The notes under the pieces: model-generated
What the model saw: the letters and a program-made list of their open reading frames with translations, nothing else
Databases searched by the model: none
Told to the model about the DNA's origin: nothing
Shown: one piece after another, positions 50,838-59,881 of the stretch
Numbering within the stretch: the stretch's first letter is position 1
Layout: each line of letters begins with the position of its first letter
Position numbers and translations under genes: made by a program
DNA from: Candidatus Latescibacterota bacterium
GTDB taxonomy: Bacteria > Latescibacterota > UBA2968 > UBA8231
Reading direction: 5' to 3'
Length of the DNA stretch: 64,000 nt
Assembly (NCBI GenBank): GCA_965248355.1
Contig: OZ252098.1
Coordinates: forward strand, 672,001-736,000

Positions 50838-53800
50838 CGACATGTGGATCAGACGCCTCCACGTGACCGATTGCGCTGGCATCGCCGATGCCTCCATTGA
50901 CCTGGAATTCGGGCTGAATGTCCTACACGGTCCCAACGAACTTGGCAAATCCAGCTTGGTTAGCGCCGTTCGCGCGGCATTGCTCCTGCAGTCGTCCTCG
51001 TCCGCCGCCGAGCCTCTGCGCGATTGGCACGCAGACGCGGCGCCGGTGGTGGAGCTCACCTTCGAGGAGGAAGCGCAGCGTGTGTGGCGGGTGCGCAAGA
51101 GTTTCGCGAGTAGTGGCGGCTATGCCTATCTCGATTTCTCCCGCGACGGCAGCGAATTCACCCAAGATGGTAGGGGTGGCGAAGTCGACGGGAAGCTTCG
51201 GGATCTCCTGCGCTGGGGTGTCGAAGCACCGGGCGGCCGCCGGGGTCGGCGCGGCATGCCGGAGTCCTTCATCACGACCGCTCTCCTCGGCGAGCAGAGC
51301 GACGTCGTCGCCATCTTGGGGAGCAGCCTCGACAAGGATCCGGACGGCTCGGGCCGCGAACGTCTCACTGAGGCGCTGCAGGCGATGGCGGAAGACCCGC
51401 GCTTCAAGCGGGTTCACGCGGCTGTGCAGCAAAAGGTGGACGAAGCGTTCACCGCCACCGGCCGGAGACGCTCCGGCCGTGCATCGCCTTGGTCGCAGAT
51501 CCGCGAGCAACGCGTCGCCGCCGAAGCGAACGAGCGCAACGTTCACCAGCAGATGGAGGAAAGCGAGGGCGCACGACTGCGCATCGAGGAACTGCACCGC
51601 GAATTGCTGGCGGCGGAGTCGGAGAAGGAACGGACGGCCGGCGTTCTCGCGAATTCTCAAGCTGCCCTCGAACAACGCAGGAAGCGTGCAGCGACCACCG
51701 ACAGCCTTGCCGATGCCCAGGCCGAGTTTGACCGCATTCAGGGGCTATTCGCGAAACGCGACGACAACGTCGACGCTATCAACACCGCAAGAGAGAAGGT
51801 CGCCAAGCTTGAATCCGCCTGCGGAGAAGCCGAAACCGCCGCGGAAGCTCTGGCGCCCCGGGTCGAGGCCGCGCGGCAAGGCGTGCGCCGCCTGGAGACC
51901 GGCGCCGGCGAGCAGCAACGCCGGTTGCGGGAGGAGGAGGCGAAGAATCGCCTCTTGAAGCTGAGACACGACGAGGAAGCACTTGAACGCGACATCGCCC
52001 GGGCCGAGGCCTTGGCCACGCTCGACGAGGAGGTGACCGCGCTAGCGGCCGACATCGAAGAGCGCGAAGCTGCTCTTAATGAGAGCCGAGATCTCTTGGG
52101 CCAAGCGCAGGACGTTACCGACAGTGATCAGGAGGAGATTGTAGGTCTCGAAATCAAGCGTCGCTGTGCCCGCTATCTCGTGGCGTTGGACGCAGCGCGG
52201 GCGTCCACCAAGAAACTCGATACCGCACGGGAACACATCGGGCAGGCGACCGTACTGGAACGCAAGGCCGCCGAGGCGCACGAAGAGGCCAGCAATTTGG
52301 GTGCGCCAGTTGTCGCTGAACTCGATCGGCTCGATCACTTGAGACGGATCGGCGCATCGCCCAAGAGAAACTTGCCGTTGGACTCGTCGTGGGCGTCGAG
52401 CTGAAGCAGGCTGGTGATGCCGAAGTCAACATCGACGGCCAGCCGCGGCAGGTTCGAATCGGGCTCGGCAAACAGGCCAAATTCGAGGCCGAGCGGGAAC
52501 TGCGACTCGACATCGCCGGCATTGGTGCTATCCACGTGCGCGGCGGAGGCCGCGACCTTCTGCGTGCGGCCAAAGCTGCGGAGGATAGCTGGAACGCCGC
52601 TGCGACGCCGATCTTCACCCGTACCGGCTGCGCGGCCCTCGGAGAACTCGAGGATCTGCGCGAGCGCGCCGACGGCTATCGCGAAACAGCCGTCGACCTC
52701 GAACGGCAAGCCGAGCAGGAGCGGGTGCGAGCAGAAGGCGTCGATGAATTCGAACGCGGCGTCGTCGTCGCGAAGGCTGAGGAAGAACAACGCCGCTCTG
52801 CGCTTGCAGAGTTGCTTGAGGAAGACGAATCCGTGGAGGAGTACTTGGAAAGCCTTGACGAGCCGCCGGACGACGAACTCGCCTTGGAGGAGGCCATTGA
52901 GAAGCGTCGCACCGTTATGCAAGATCGCGAGGAGCTCTGTCAGCGAATGGAAAGCAAGGTCACCGATGGGGAAGGGGAGGTTGTGCGTCGAGGCCGAGAA
53001 CTCGCTGGCAAACGGGCGCTGCTGCGTGAGGGATCGGAGATGGACGACTGGCGCGCGTTTCTCGCCGGAGTGGACGCTGAGCGGGACCGCTTGAGTCGGA
53101 GACTCGAAGCAGTCGATGACGAGTTGGCGCTGATCGGGGCCGAAGGGGCCGCCGAAGTCGGTGAGGCGCGGCAGGCACTCAACGATCTCGCCGGCGAGGA
53201 GAATCGGGCCCAAGAAGCGTTGCGCGTGGAAACCGAGCAATTGGCGAACGCCCGCGACGAACTCTCTAGGCTCGAAGGCGAGGCGGCCGGGCTTCGAGCA
53301 GCGACCGAAAACGAGGACTTGGAAGCCGGTGGAAGGTTGCGCGATCAACACCGTGACAAATTGGACGCGCTACCGATTCCGATCGACGACATCGATCCGG
53401 CAGAGCTTCAGGATGTCGAGAGTGCCGCCACCGCTACCGCCGATTGCTTCCGGCAACTCGAGATGCAACTCCGAAACGCCGAAGGTGCGCTCGAACAGGT
53501 GGGCGGCCAGTACATACTGGAACGGGCCGAACAGGCGGGTCAGGCCCTTCGCGCTCTGGCAGAACGTGAAAGCGAGCTCGACTTGGAGTACAGAGCGTGG
53601 CGGCTTTTGCACGAAACCCTCGTGCAAGCCGAAAAGGAAGATGCGGTACATCTCGGCAACGCCTTGGTAAAGCCCGTCAGCGAGCGTATGGCCGCGTTGA
53701 CCGGGGGCCGATATGGCGAGATTGCCATCGGCCCGCAACTCGAGGCCGCCGGAATCCAGTCGGCTGGCTGCGAACGCAAATTCGAGGCCCTGTCCGTCGG

Positions 53801-53883
53801 TACCCTGGAACAGATCGCGCTGTTGCTGCGACTCTCCATCGCTGAAGCCCTCGATAGCTTCATAGTCTTCGACGATCAGCTTA

Positions 53884-55180
53884 GGCACTGCGCAGAAATA
53901 AACGCTGTTCTTTCTGATAGAAAGGTGTTATCCTTGACGGGTGGACACGGAAAGCACCCTGCGGGCGAAATACGAAGCCTTGACGCCGGTGTTGAACGAG
54001 CGCACGCGACGCTTGTGGGCCGCGTCGGAGGCGCAAGCCCTGGGACATGGCGGCATTGCGGTGGTGGCCCGTGCGACGGGCCTGTCGCGGACCCGGATCG
54101 CTCGCGGCCTGCAGGAACTGCGGTCGGACGCCCCGTTGGACTCCGGCCGTGTGCGTCGGCCGGGCGGCGGCCGCAAGCGGCGCGTCGACACCGACGTGAC
54201 GCTGTTGTCGGACCTCAACGCCCTGCTCGAGCCGGTCACCGCCGGGGCGCCGGACGACAGCCCCTTGCGATGGACGTCGAAGAGCATCCGCAAGTTGGCG
54301 GTCGAGTTGCAGGCCCTGGGCCATTCGGTGAGTCCTGGCCTCGTCCACGGACTGTTGCACGAGCTCGGCTACACGCTGCAGGCGAATCGCAAGACGAAAG
54401 AAGGCACGCAACACCCGGATCGGGACGCCCCGTTTCACTACCTCCACGACCAGGTCCGAAGGGCCCAGGCCCAAGGCCAGCCGGTCATTTCGGTGGACAC
54501 CAAGAAGAAGGAGCTGATCGGCGACTTCAAGAACGTGGGTCGCCCATGGCGTCCGAAGGGCGAGCCGGAGCGCGTGAAGGTCCACGACTTCATCATCCCG
54601 GCCCAGGGCCAGGCGATTCCCTACGGGGTCTACGACCTGGGCCGCAACGAGGGCTGGGTCAGCGTCGGCGTCGACCACGACACCGCCCACTTCGCGGTGA
54701 ACGCCATCCGCAGCTGGTGGAAACGCATGGGTCGTCCGGCCTACCCGGCGGCCTCGCACCTGTGGATCACGGCCGATGCGGGGGGCCGCAACGGTCCGAG
54801 ACTGCGGCTGTGGAAATGGGAATGGCAGCGCTTGGCCGATCGCACGGGCCTGACGATCACGGTCTGCCACTATCCTCCGGGCACGAGCAAGTGGAACCGC
54901 ATCGAGCATCGCCTGTTCTCCTATATCGCCATGAACTGGCGAGGCCAACCTCTGGTCAGTCTGGCCACGGTGGTCAACCTGATCGGCCGGACGACAACGA
55001 AGAAAGGGCTTCGCGTGCGCGCCGAGATCGACAAGCGAGCGTATCCCAAGGCCGTGGTCGTCAAGGACGAGCAAATGGAGCGGATCCATCTCTCGCCCCA
55101 TGCGTTCCACGGGGATTGGAACTACACGATCCGGCCGGCCACTGAGGGTTGAAGTGAATCATCTGTTTCGGGACAAAGCC
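53884..55180 (+). mobile_element. ISAzo13-family insertion sequence
   Basis: Imperfect inverted repeats GGCACTGCGCAGAAATAAA and TCTGTTTCGGGACAAAGCC. TTA duplication at 53881-53883 and 55181-55183. Confidence 0.88.
53941..55152 (+). CDS. ISAzo13-family (Rhodopirellula-type) transposase
   Basis: LNERTRRLW, PLRWTSKS, ISVDTKKKE, PYGVYD, TADAGG, PPGTSKWNRIEHRLFS and HGDWNY. Confidence 0.92.
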   Translation: MDTESTLRAKYEALTPVLNERTRRLWAASEAQALGHGGIAVVARATGLSRTRIARGLQELRSDAPLDSGRVRRPGGGRKRRVDTDVTLLSDLNALLEPVTAGAPDDSPLRWTSKSIRKLAVELQALGHSVSPGLVHGLLHELGYTLQANRKTKEGTQHPDRDAPFHYLHDQVRRAQAQGQPVISVDTKKKELIGDFKNVGRPWRPKGEPERVKVHDFIIPAQGQAIPYGVYDLGRNEGWVSVGVDHDTAHFAVNAIRSWWKRMGRPAYPAASHLWITADAGGRNGPRLRLWKWEWQRLADRTGLTITVCHYPPGTSKWNRIEHRLFSYIAMNWRGQPLVSLATVVNLIGRTTTKKGLRVRAEIDKRAYPKAVVVKDEQMERIHLSPHAFHGDWNYTIRPATEG

Positions 55181-55477
55181 TTACGCAATCCGATCCCGTG
55201 CGCATGGTGTGGATGCGGGAACTACTTGAGAGAGCGGCGGAACAGATCCAGGTGGTCGTATTGACATGCCATCCTGAGGATTACACGGTTGGGGATGGGC
55301 AACGTCATGTCGTGGACTTGTCGAGTTGCATTCGGCGGCGGGAGGTCTCGAACGCGCAAGTCGATGACGGGGAGGACGGCCTTGGTTCCGAGGCGCCACA
55401 TGACTCCGCAGTTGAAGTCGACTCAAGTAACGCAGACCCCGCGGAGCAGGCCGATCCTTCCCCGACTCGGCGCTCTA

Positions 55478-56648
55478 GTGTCGCGTCCGACAAATGAGTT
55501 GTAAAAACAGAGTCAAGGCCTTATCTTCAGGCCATGGCCCGCCCGGTGTCCCGCCTTGAGTTGACCGCGTCCGAGCGACAGGAGTTGGAGCGTCGCGTCA
55601 GGGCCCCCTCCGCGTCCCAGCGCGACAGCCTGCGCGCGGCCATCGTCCTGCGCCGGGCCGAAGGGATCAAGCAGGTGCAGGTGGCCGCCGAGTTGGGCGC
55701 CAGTGTGGCGTGTGTGAACAAGTGGTCGCAACGCTTTGATCGCGAGGGTTTGGCGGGACTGAACGACGCCAAGGGCCGGGGCCGGCCGGCGAGCTTGCCG
55801 GCGGACAAGGTCGAGCAGGTCCTCACCGCGGTCACGCAGCCGCCGAAGCCGCGCACGCGCTGGAGCGTGCGCTCGATGGCCCAGGCGGCGGGGATGTCGC
55901 CGGACAGCGTGCACCGGATCTGGAAGGCCAACGACATCAAGCCCCATTTGACCAAGACCTTCAAGGTCTCCACGGACCCGCACTTCGAGGAAAAATTCTG
56001 GGACGTGATCGGGCTCTACCTGGATCCCCCCGAGCGCGCGCTGGTGCTGTGCTGTGACGAGAAGAGCCAGTGCCAGGCGCTGGAACGGACCCAGCCGGGC
56101 TTGCCGCTGGGGATCGGCGACATCCGCACCCGGACCCACGATTACAAGCGCCACGGTACGATCACCTTGTTCGCCGCGCTCAACTACCTCGACGGCAAGC
56201 TCATCGCGCGTCTGGAGGCGCGTCATACCCACGTCGAATGGCTCCGCTTTCTCAAGCAGATCGACCGCGAGACGCCCAAGAACCTGTCGCTGCACCTGAT
56301 CGTGGACAACGCCGGCCCCCACAAGGAGGAGAGCGTGCAGCATTGGTTGTCTCGGCATCGGCGCTTCCATGTCCATTTCACCCCCACCAGTTCCTCCTGG
56401 ATGAACTTGGTCGAACGGTTCTTCGGCGAGCTGACGCAGGATGTGATTCGGGACGGCAGCTTTGCCAGCGTCGGGGAGTTGGTGCGCGACATCGAAGCCT
56501 ACTTGGCGCAGCGGAACTTGGCCCCCAAACCCTACCGCTGGAAGGCCGACGGCGAGACCATCCTGCGCAAGATCCAGCGCGCTCGGGAGACGGTGGCGGC
56601 GACATCGGACAGCCCTTGTTGATTCTTCTTAATTCTCGGACGGGACAC
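55478..56648 (+). mobile_element. IS630-family insertion sequence
   Basis: Inverted repeats (TA)GTGTCGCGTCCGA and TCGGACGGGACAC(TA). TA duplication in a CTAG context. Confidence 0.88.
55534..56622 (+). CDS. IS630-family transposase
   Basis: HTH region, CCDEKSQ, THDYKRHGT, IVDN and FTPTSSSWMNLVERFF. Confidence 0.93.
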   Translation: MARPVSRLELTASERQELERRVRAPSASQRDSLRAAIVLRRAEGIKQVQVAAELGASVACVNKWSQRFDREGLAGLNDAKGRGRPASLPADKVEQVLTAVTQPPKPRTRWSVRSMAQAAGMSPDSVHRIWKANDIKPHLTKTFKVSTDPHFEEKFWDVIGLYLDPPERALVLCCDEKSQCQALERTQPGLPLGIGDIRTRTHDYKRHGTITLFAALNYLDGKLIARLEARHTHVEWLRFLKQIDRETPKNLSLHLIVDNAGPHKEESVQHWLSRHRRFHVHFTPTSSSWMNLVERFFGELTQDVIRDGSFASVGELVRDIEAYLAQRNLAPKPYRWKADGETILRKIQRARETVAATSDSPC

Positions 56649-56751
56649 TAGGCCCGCTTCTGCGAAGACGTTTCCCGTGCACTCGGCATCGGGCCCCCGA
56701 CCTCACAGCGAGTCGGCCGCGACGACACCTCCGGGCTGAGAGTCTTCCCTG

Positions 56752-58755
56752 ATGAGAAGCCCCCGGTTCTTCAACGTCGTCCTCGTGTTGATTTCTGCCC
56801 TGCCCGCACAGGAAAGCCGCGCCCAGGACCATACCCGCATGGGTCTGCCCGAAGGGGCTGATGCGCGTCTCGGCAGGGGGTCGCTGTTCGGGATCGGTTT
56901 CCTGCCCGACGGCCGGCTCGCGGCGGCCACCAGTATCGGCGTGTGGCTGTACGACACTCGCACCGGCGGCGAAGTCGCCCTGCTCCCGGGGGAACACAAG
57001 GATGATGTCCATGACGTCGCGTTCTCGCCAGACGGCCGCACCCTGGCTGCCAGCGAGAGCTGGGACCCCACGATCCGGCTGTGGGACGTGGAGAGCGGCC
57101 GCCTGAAGGCGGCCCTGGAGGGGAATGGGGGCGGGGTCTGCTCCGTGGCCTTCTCGCCGGAGGGGAAAGTCCTCGCCGGCGGGGGATTCAACAGCAGGGC
57201 CATTCGGCTGTGGGACGTGGAGAGCGGCCGGTTGAAGGCAACCCTGGATGCTGGCAGGAACGGCACCTGTGCCCTCGCCTACTCGCCGGACGGAAACACG
57301 CTGGCCACCGACGGCCGCGGCGGAATCCTGTTGTGGGATGCCGGGACGGGAGAGCTCAAGGGCATCTTGGAGGGGAACAGGTATGGCGTCAGTTACCTTG
57401 CCTATTCACCGGACGGGAGGATCCTGGTCGGCCATGGAGACGACGGCACGATCCAGCTGTGGGACACGGGCACCGGCGAGCTGAAGGTCGCCATCGAGAG
57501 GCATGAGAGCAGCGTCCGGAGCGTGGCCTTCTCACCCGATGGCCACATCTTGGCAGCCGGCACCTGGGATGGCCCGGTCCAGCTGTGGGACGTGGAGCAC
57601 GGCCACCTGAAGAGCACCCTGGAAGGACATGGGGGCAAGGTCTTCGCCGTGGCCTGGTCGCCCGATGGCCGGACTCTGGCCAGCGCGGGCCGGGACGGCG
57701 CGGTCAGGTTGTGGGACGCCGCGAGCGGAGCACCGACAGCGAACCTCGACGGGCATGGCAGTCCCATCGGTGCTGTCGTGTATTCGCCGGATGGGCGTAC
57801 CCTCGCCAGCGGGAGCAGGGACGGCGTGATCCGGTTGTGGGACACGGACAGCGGCCTCCGCCGAGCGATCTTCAGGGTACATCTGGACAGGATTACGTCC
57901 CTGGCTTACTCGCCGGATGGCAGTACCCTCGCCAGCGGGAGTCGCGACGAGACCATCCACCTGTGGGAACCCGGGACGGGCCACCGGATGGTCATCAGGG
58001 GGACCAGGCACTATCCCTGGTCGCTGGCATTCTCGCCGGACGGTCGGACCCTGGCCAGTGGGGGAGGTGGGTGGGATGGGGAGTCCCGGGTGGCTGGAGA
58101 GACCCGGTTGTGGGACGCTGGCACCGGCCTGCCGGAGACTGTCCTCGACAGGCCTGGAGTCACGGTCTGGTCCGTGACTTTCTCGCCTCATGGTCACATC
58201 CTGGCCAGTGGTCTGGCCGACGGCCGGCTCAAGCTGTGGGACGCCGACACCGGCCGGCTGCTGGCCACCCTCCGGCAAGGCCGGGAGTGGGTCTTCTGTC
58301 TGGCCTTTTCCCCGGACGGCTTCAACCTGGGCCATTGGGCGAGGTCCGTGGCGTTTTCCCCGGATGACGGCACCCTGGCCAGTGGCAGTTGGGACGGCAC
58401 GATCCTGCTGTGGGACATGTCGCCGTACGCCACGCCTGCCCCTGCCGACGCGCCGGAAGCAGGGGAGGAGGAGCCGGCCGCGAGCATCCTGGAGCCCGCC
58501 GCCCCGAATCCCTTCAACATCACCACCCGCATCGCCTACCGGATCGCTACCCCCGGTCCGGTGCGGCTGGAGGTCGTGAATGCTCTGGGGCAGTCGCTGC
58601 ACACGCTTGTGAACGAGGTGCAGGCTCCCGGCTCCTACCAGGTCTACTGGAATGCCCGCAACCAGCGCGGCTCCCCGGTGGCCGCGGGCGTCTACTTCAC
58701 CCGCCTCAGCCACTCCGGCGGGGTGCAGGTGCGGCGGCTGCTCTATCTCAGGTAG
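56752..58755 (+). CDS. Secreted WD40-repeat protein with a C-terminal FlgD/T9SS-like Ig domain
   Basis: Signal peptide, GLPEGADARLGRG, about 13 repeats of the type GH..V..(A)FSPDG..LASG..D..IRLWD, and PNPFN...WNARNQRG...GVYF. Confidence 0.9.
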   Translation: MRSPRFFNVVLVLISALPAQESRAQDHTRMGLPEGADARLGRGSLFGIGFLPDGRLAAATSIGVWLYDTRTGGEVALLPGEHKDDVHDVAFSPDGRTLAASESWDPTIRLWDVESGRLKAALEGNGGGVCSVAFSPEGKVLAGGGFNSRAIRLWDVESGRLKATLDAGRNGTCALAYSPDGNTLATDGRGGILLWDAGTGELKGILEGNRYGVSYLAYSPDGRILVGHGDDGTIQLWDTGTGELKVAIERHESSVRSVAFSPDGHILAAGTWDGPVQLWDVEHGHLKSTLEGHGGKVFAVAWSPDGRTLASAGRDGAVRLWDAASGAPTANLDGHGSPIGAVVYSPDGRTLASGSRDGVIRLWDTDSGLRRAIFRVHLDRITSLAYSPDGSTLASGSRDETIHLWEPGTGHRMVIRGTRHYPWSLAFSPDGRTLASGGGGWDGESRVAGETRLWDAGTGLPETVLDRPGVTVWSVTFSPHGHILASGLADGRLKLWDADTGRLLATLRQGREWVFCLAFSPDGFNLGHWARSVAFSPDDGTLASGSWDGTILLWDMSPYATPAPADAPEAGEEEPAASILEPAAPNPFNITTRIAYRIATPGPVRLEVVNALGQSLHTLVNEVQAPGSYQVYWNARNQRGSPVAAGVYFTRLSHSGGVQVRRLLYLR

Positions 58756-58816
58756 GACTCGCTTCGACCGCGTCCTGGTGGCGGGGCGAAGCCGAGGCCG
58801 AGTGTTGGTCCAGCCG

Positions 58817-59554
58817 TCAGAGGTGCCCGGCCAGAAGGGTGCGCGCCTTCTTGGCGGAGGCCACGGGCGTGAGGGTGCAGGCGATGCGGGCGTAGTAGAA
58901 GGCGCTCAGGCCCTCGAATCCGGAGTCGGTGCCGACGATCAGCCACAGCCGGCCCTCGGCGTCGGCGGTGACGGATACCGGACGGCCGGCGTTGTCGAGG
59001 GACTTCACGCGGTACTCCTCGCCGGTCACGGCGGGGTGGGCGACGTTGCCGACGACCACCATCGACTCGCCCCCGTTGGACTGGCCGCTTTCGTCCTCGG
59101 GCGTCACGGGTTCGACGGTGGAGGCTCCCGCCTTCACGAAAACGCTCTCACCCGGAGAACCGCCGATGCCGACGAGGCCGGCGGCCACGTTGGTGGCCAG
59201 CTCCAGGGAGAGGACGGCGGAGTACTCCGCGCCGGGCTTCAGGCCGCCGACCTGCCTCTTGAAGAACATGAAGAGGTCGGCGCTGCGGTTGTGTCCCTGG
59301 ATGTAGAGGCCGTAGCCCTCGAGCCCGTTGGGCAGCGGGCGATGCCCGGAGTCGAGCTCGTAGATCGACGGGTCGAAGTCGACGGGAAGATCCGCGAATC
59401 CGGCGGTCCAACCCTCGGCACCGCCTTCGAAGGAGAAACTGAACTCGGCCTCGACGGCCTCCTGCTCGTCCGCCTCCCGAGTGGAGGTGCAGGATGCGCT
59501 CGCCAGACAGGCGGCGAGAAGGGCGCCAGGGATCCAGCTCAGCCGCCGGGCCAC
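58817..59554 (-). CDS. Hypothetical lipoprotein
   Basis: GTG start and lipobox-like LASASC. Beta-rich body (GWTAGFADLP, NRSADLFMF, VGTDSGFEG). Confidence 0.62.
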   Translation of the reverse strand: MARRLSWIPGALLAACLASASCTSTREADEQEAVEAEFSFSFEGGAEGWTAGFADLPVDFDPSIYELDSGHRPLPNGLEGYGLYIQGHNRSADLFMFFKRQVGGLKPGAEYSAVLSLELATNVAAGLVGIGGSPGESVFVKAGASTVEPVTPEDESGQSNGGESMVVVGNVAHPAVTGEEYRVKSLDNAGRPVSVTADAEGRLWLIVGTDSGFEGLSAFYYARIACTLTPVASAKKARTLLAGHL

Positions 59555-59881
59555 GTCCCTCGCGGGTGGGTTCGGAGGCAGGTTACGCCGTCGATCGCCA
59601 GCCGGTGAACCTGAGGCACGTTCTCTTCCCACGTCATGGCGATCCCCCTGGGAATGGGGACGCCGGTCCTCTCGTCCCCGGCGGTTGCCCTTGCCCACGC
59701 CACCCCGCATCAGGGCACTCAGCGTCGTTCGTGGCGCCGGATCAGCACGACGAGGCTTTCACCTGCCCAGAGAGCCAGCCGTGCCGCGCCCCTGTCAGCT
59801 TGACCTGAAGCGCTGGCCCCTTTCATCTTGACGGCTCGGCCCCCTTCCCTCGCCTTTCCAACCCCTACATAGGTCGAACCC

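Larger units (their letters stand above)
50842..55497 (+). pseudogene. Rad50/SbcC-like (YhaN-type) coiled-coil ABC ATPase, disrupted
   Basis: Walker A HGPNELGKS, long coiled coils, 1-nt frameshift near 52332 and signature LSVGTLEQ. Walker B/D-loop FDDQL|TQSD is split by ISAzo13, followed by H-loop LTCH. The 3' end is hit by IS630. Confidence 0.88.

Noticed and set aside
52389..55145. 918 aa ORF as a novel ATPase fusion
   Set aside because: Chimeric read-through from the SbcC-like fragment into an alternate frame of ISAzo13 after FDDQL.
46873..55497. Assigning the operon to Lamassu, Wadjet, Zorya, DISARM or BREX
   Set aside because: The required partners (LmuA/C, JetABD, ZorAB, methylases, PglZ) are not visible in the window.
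57000..58420. Roughly 126-bp periodic DNA repeats resembling an array
   Set aside because: Degenerate in-frame WD40 coding repeats. No identical repeats with unique spacers and no cas genes, so not CRISPR.
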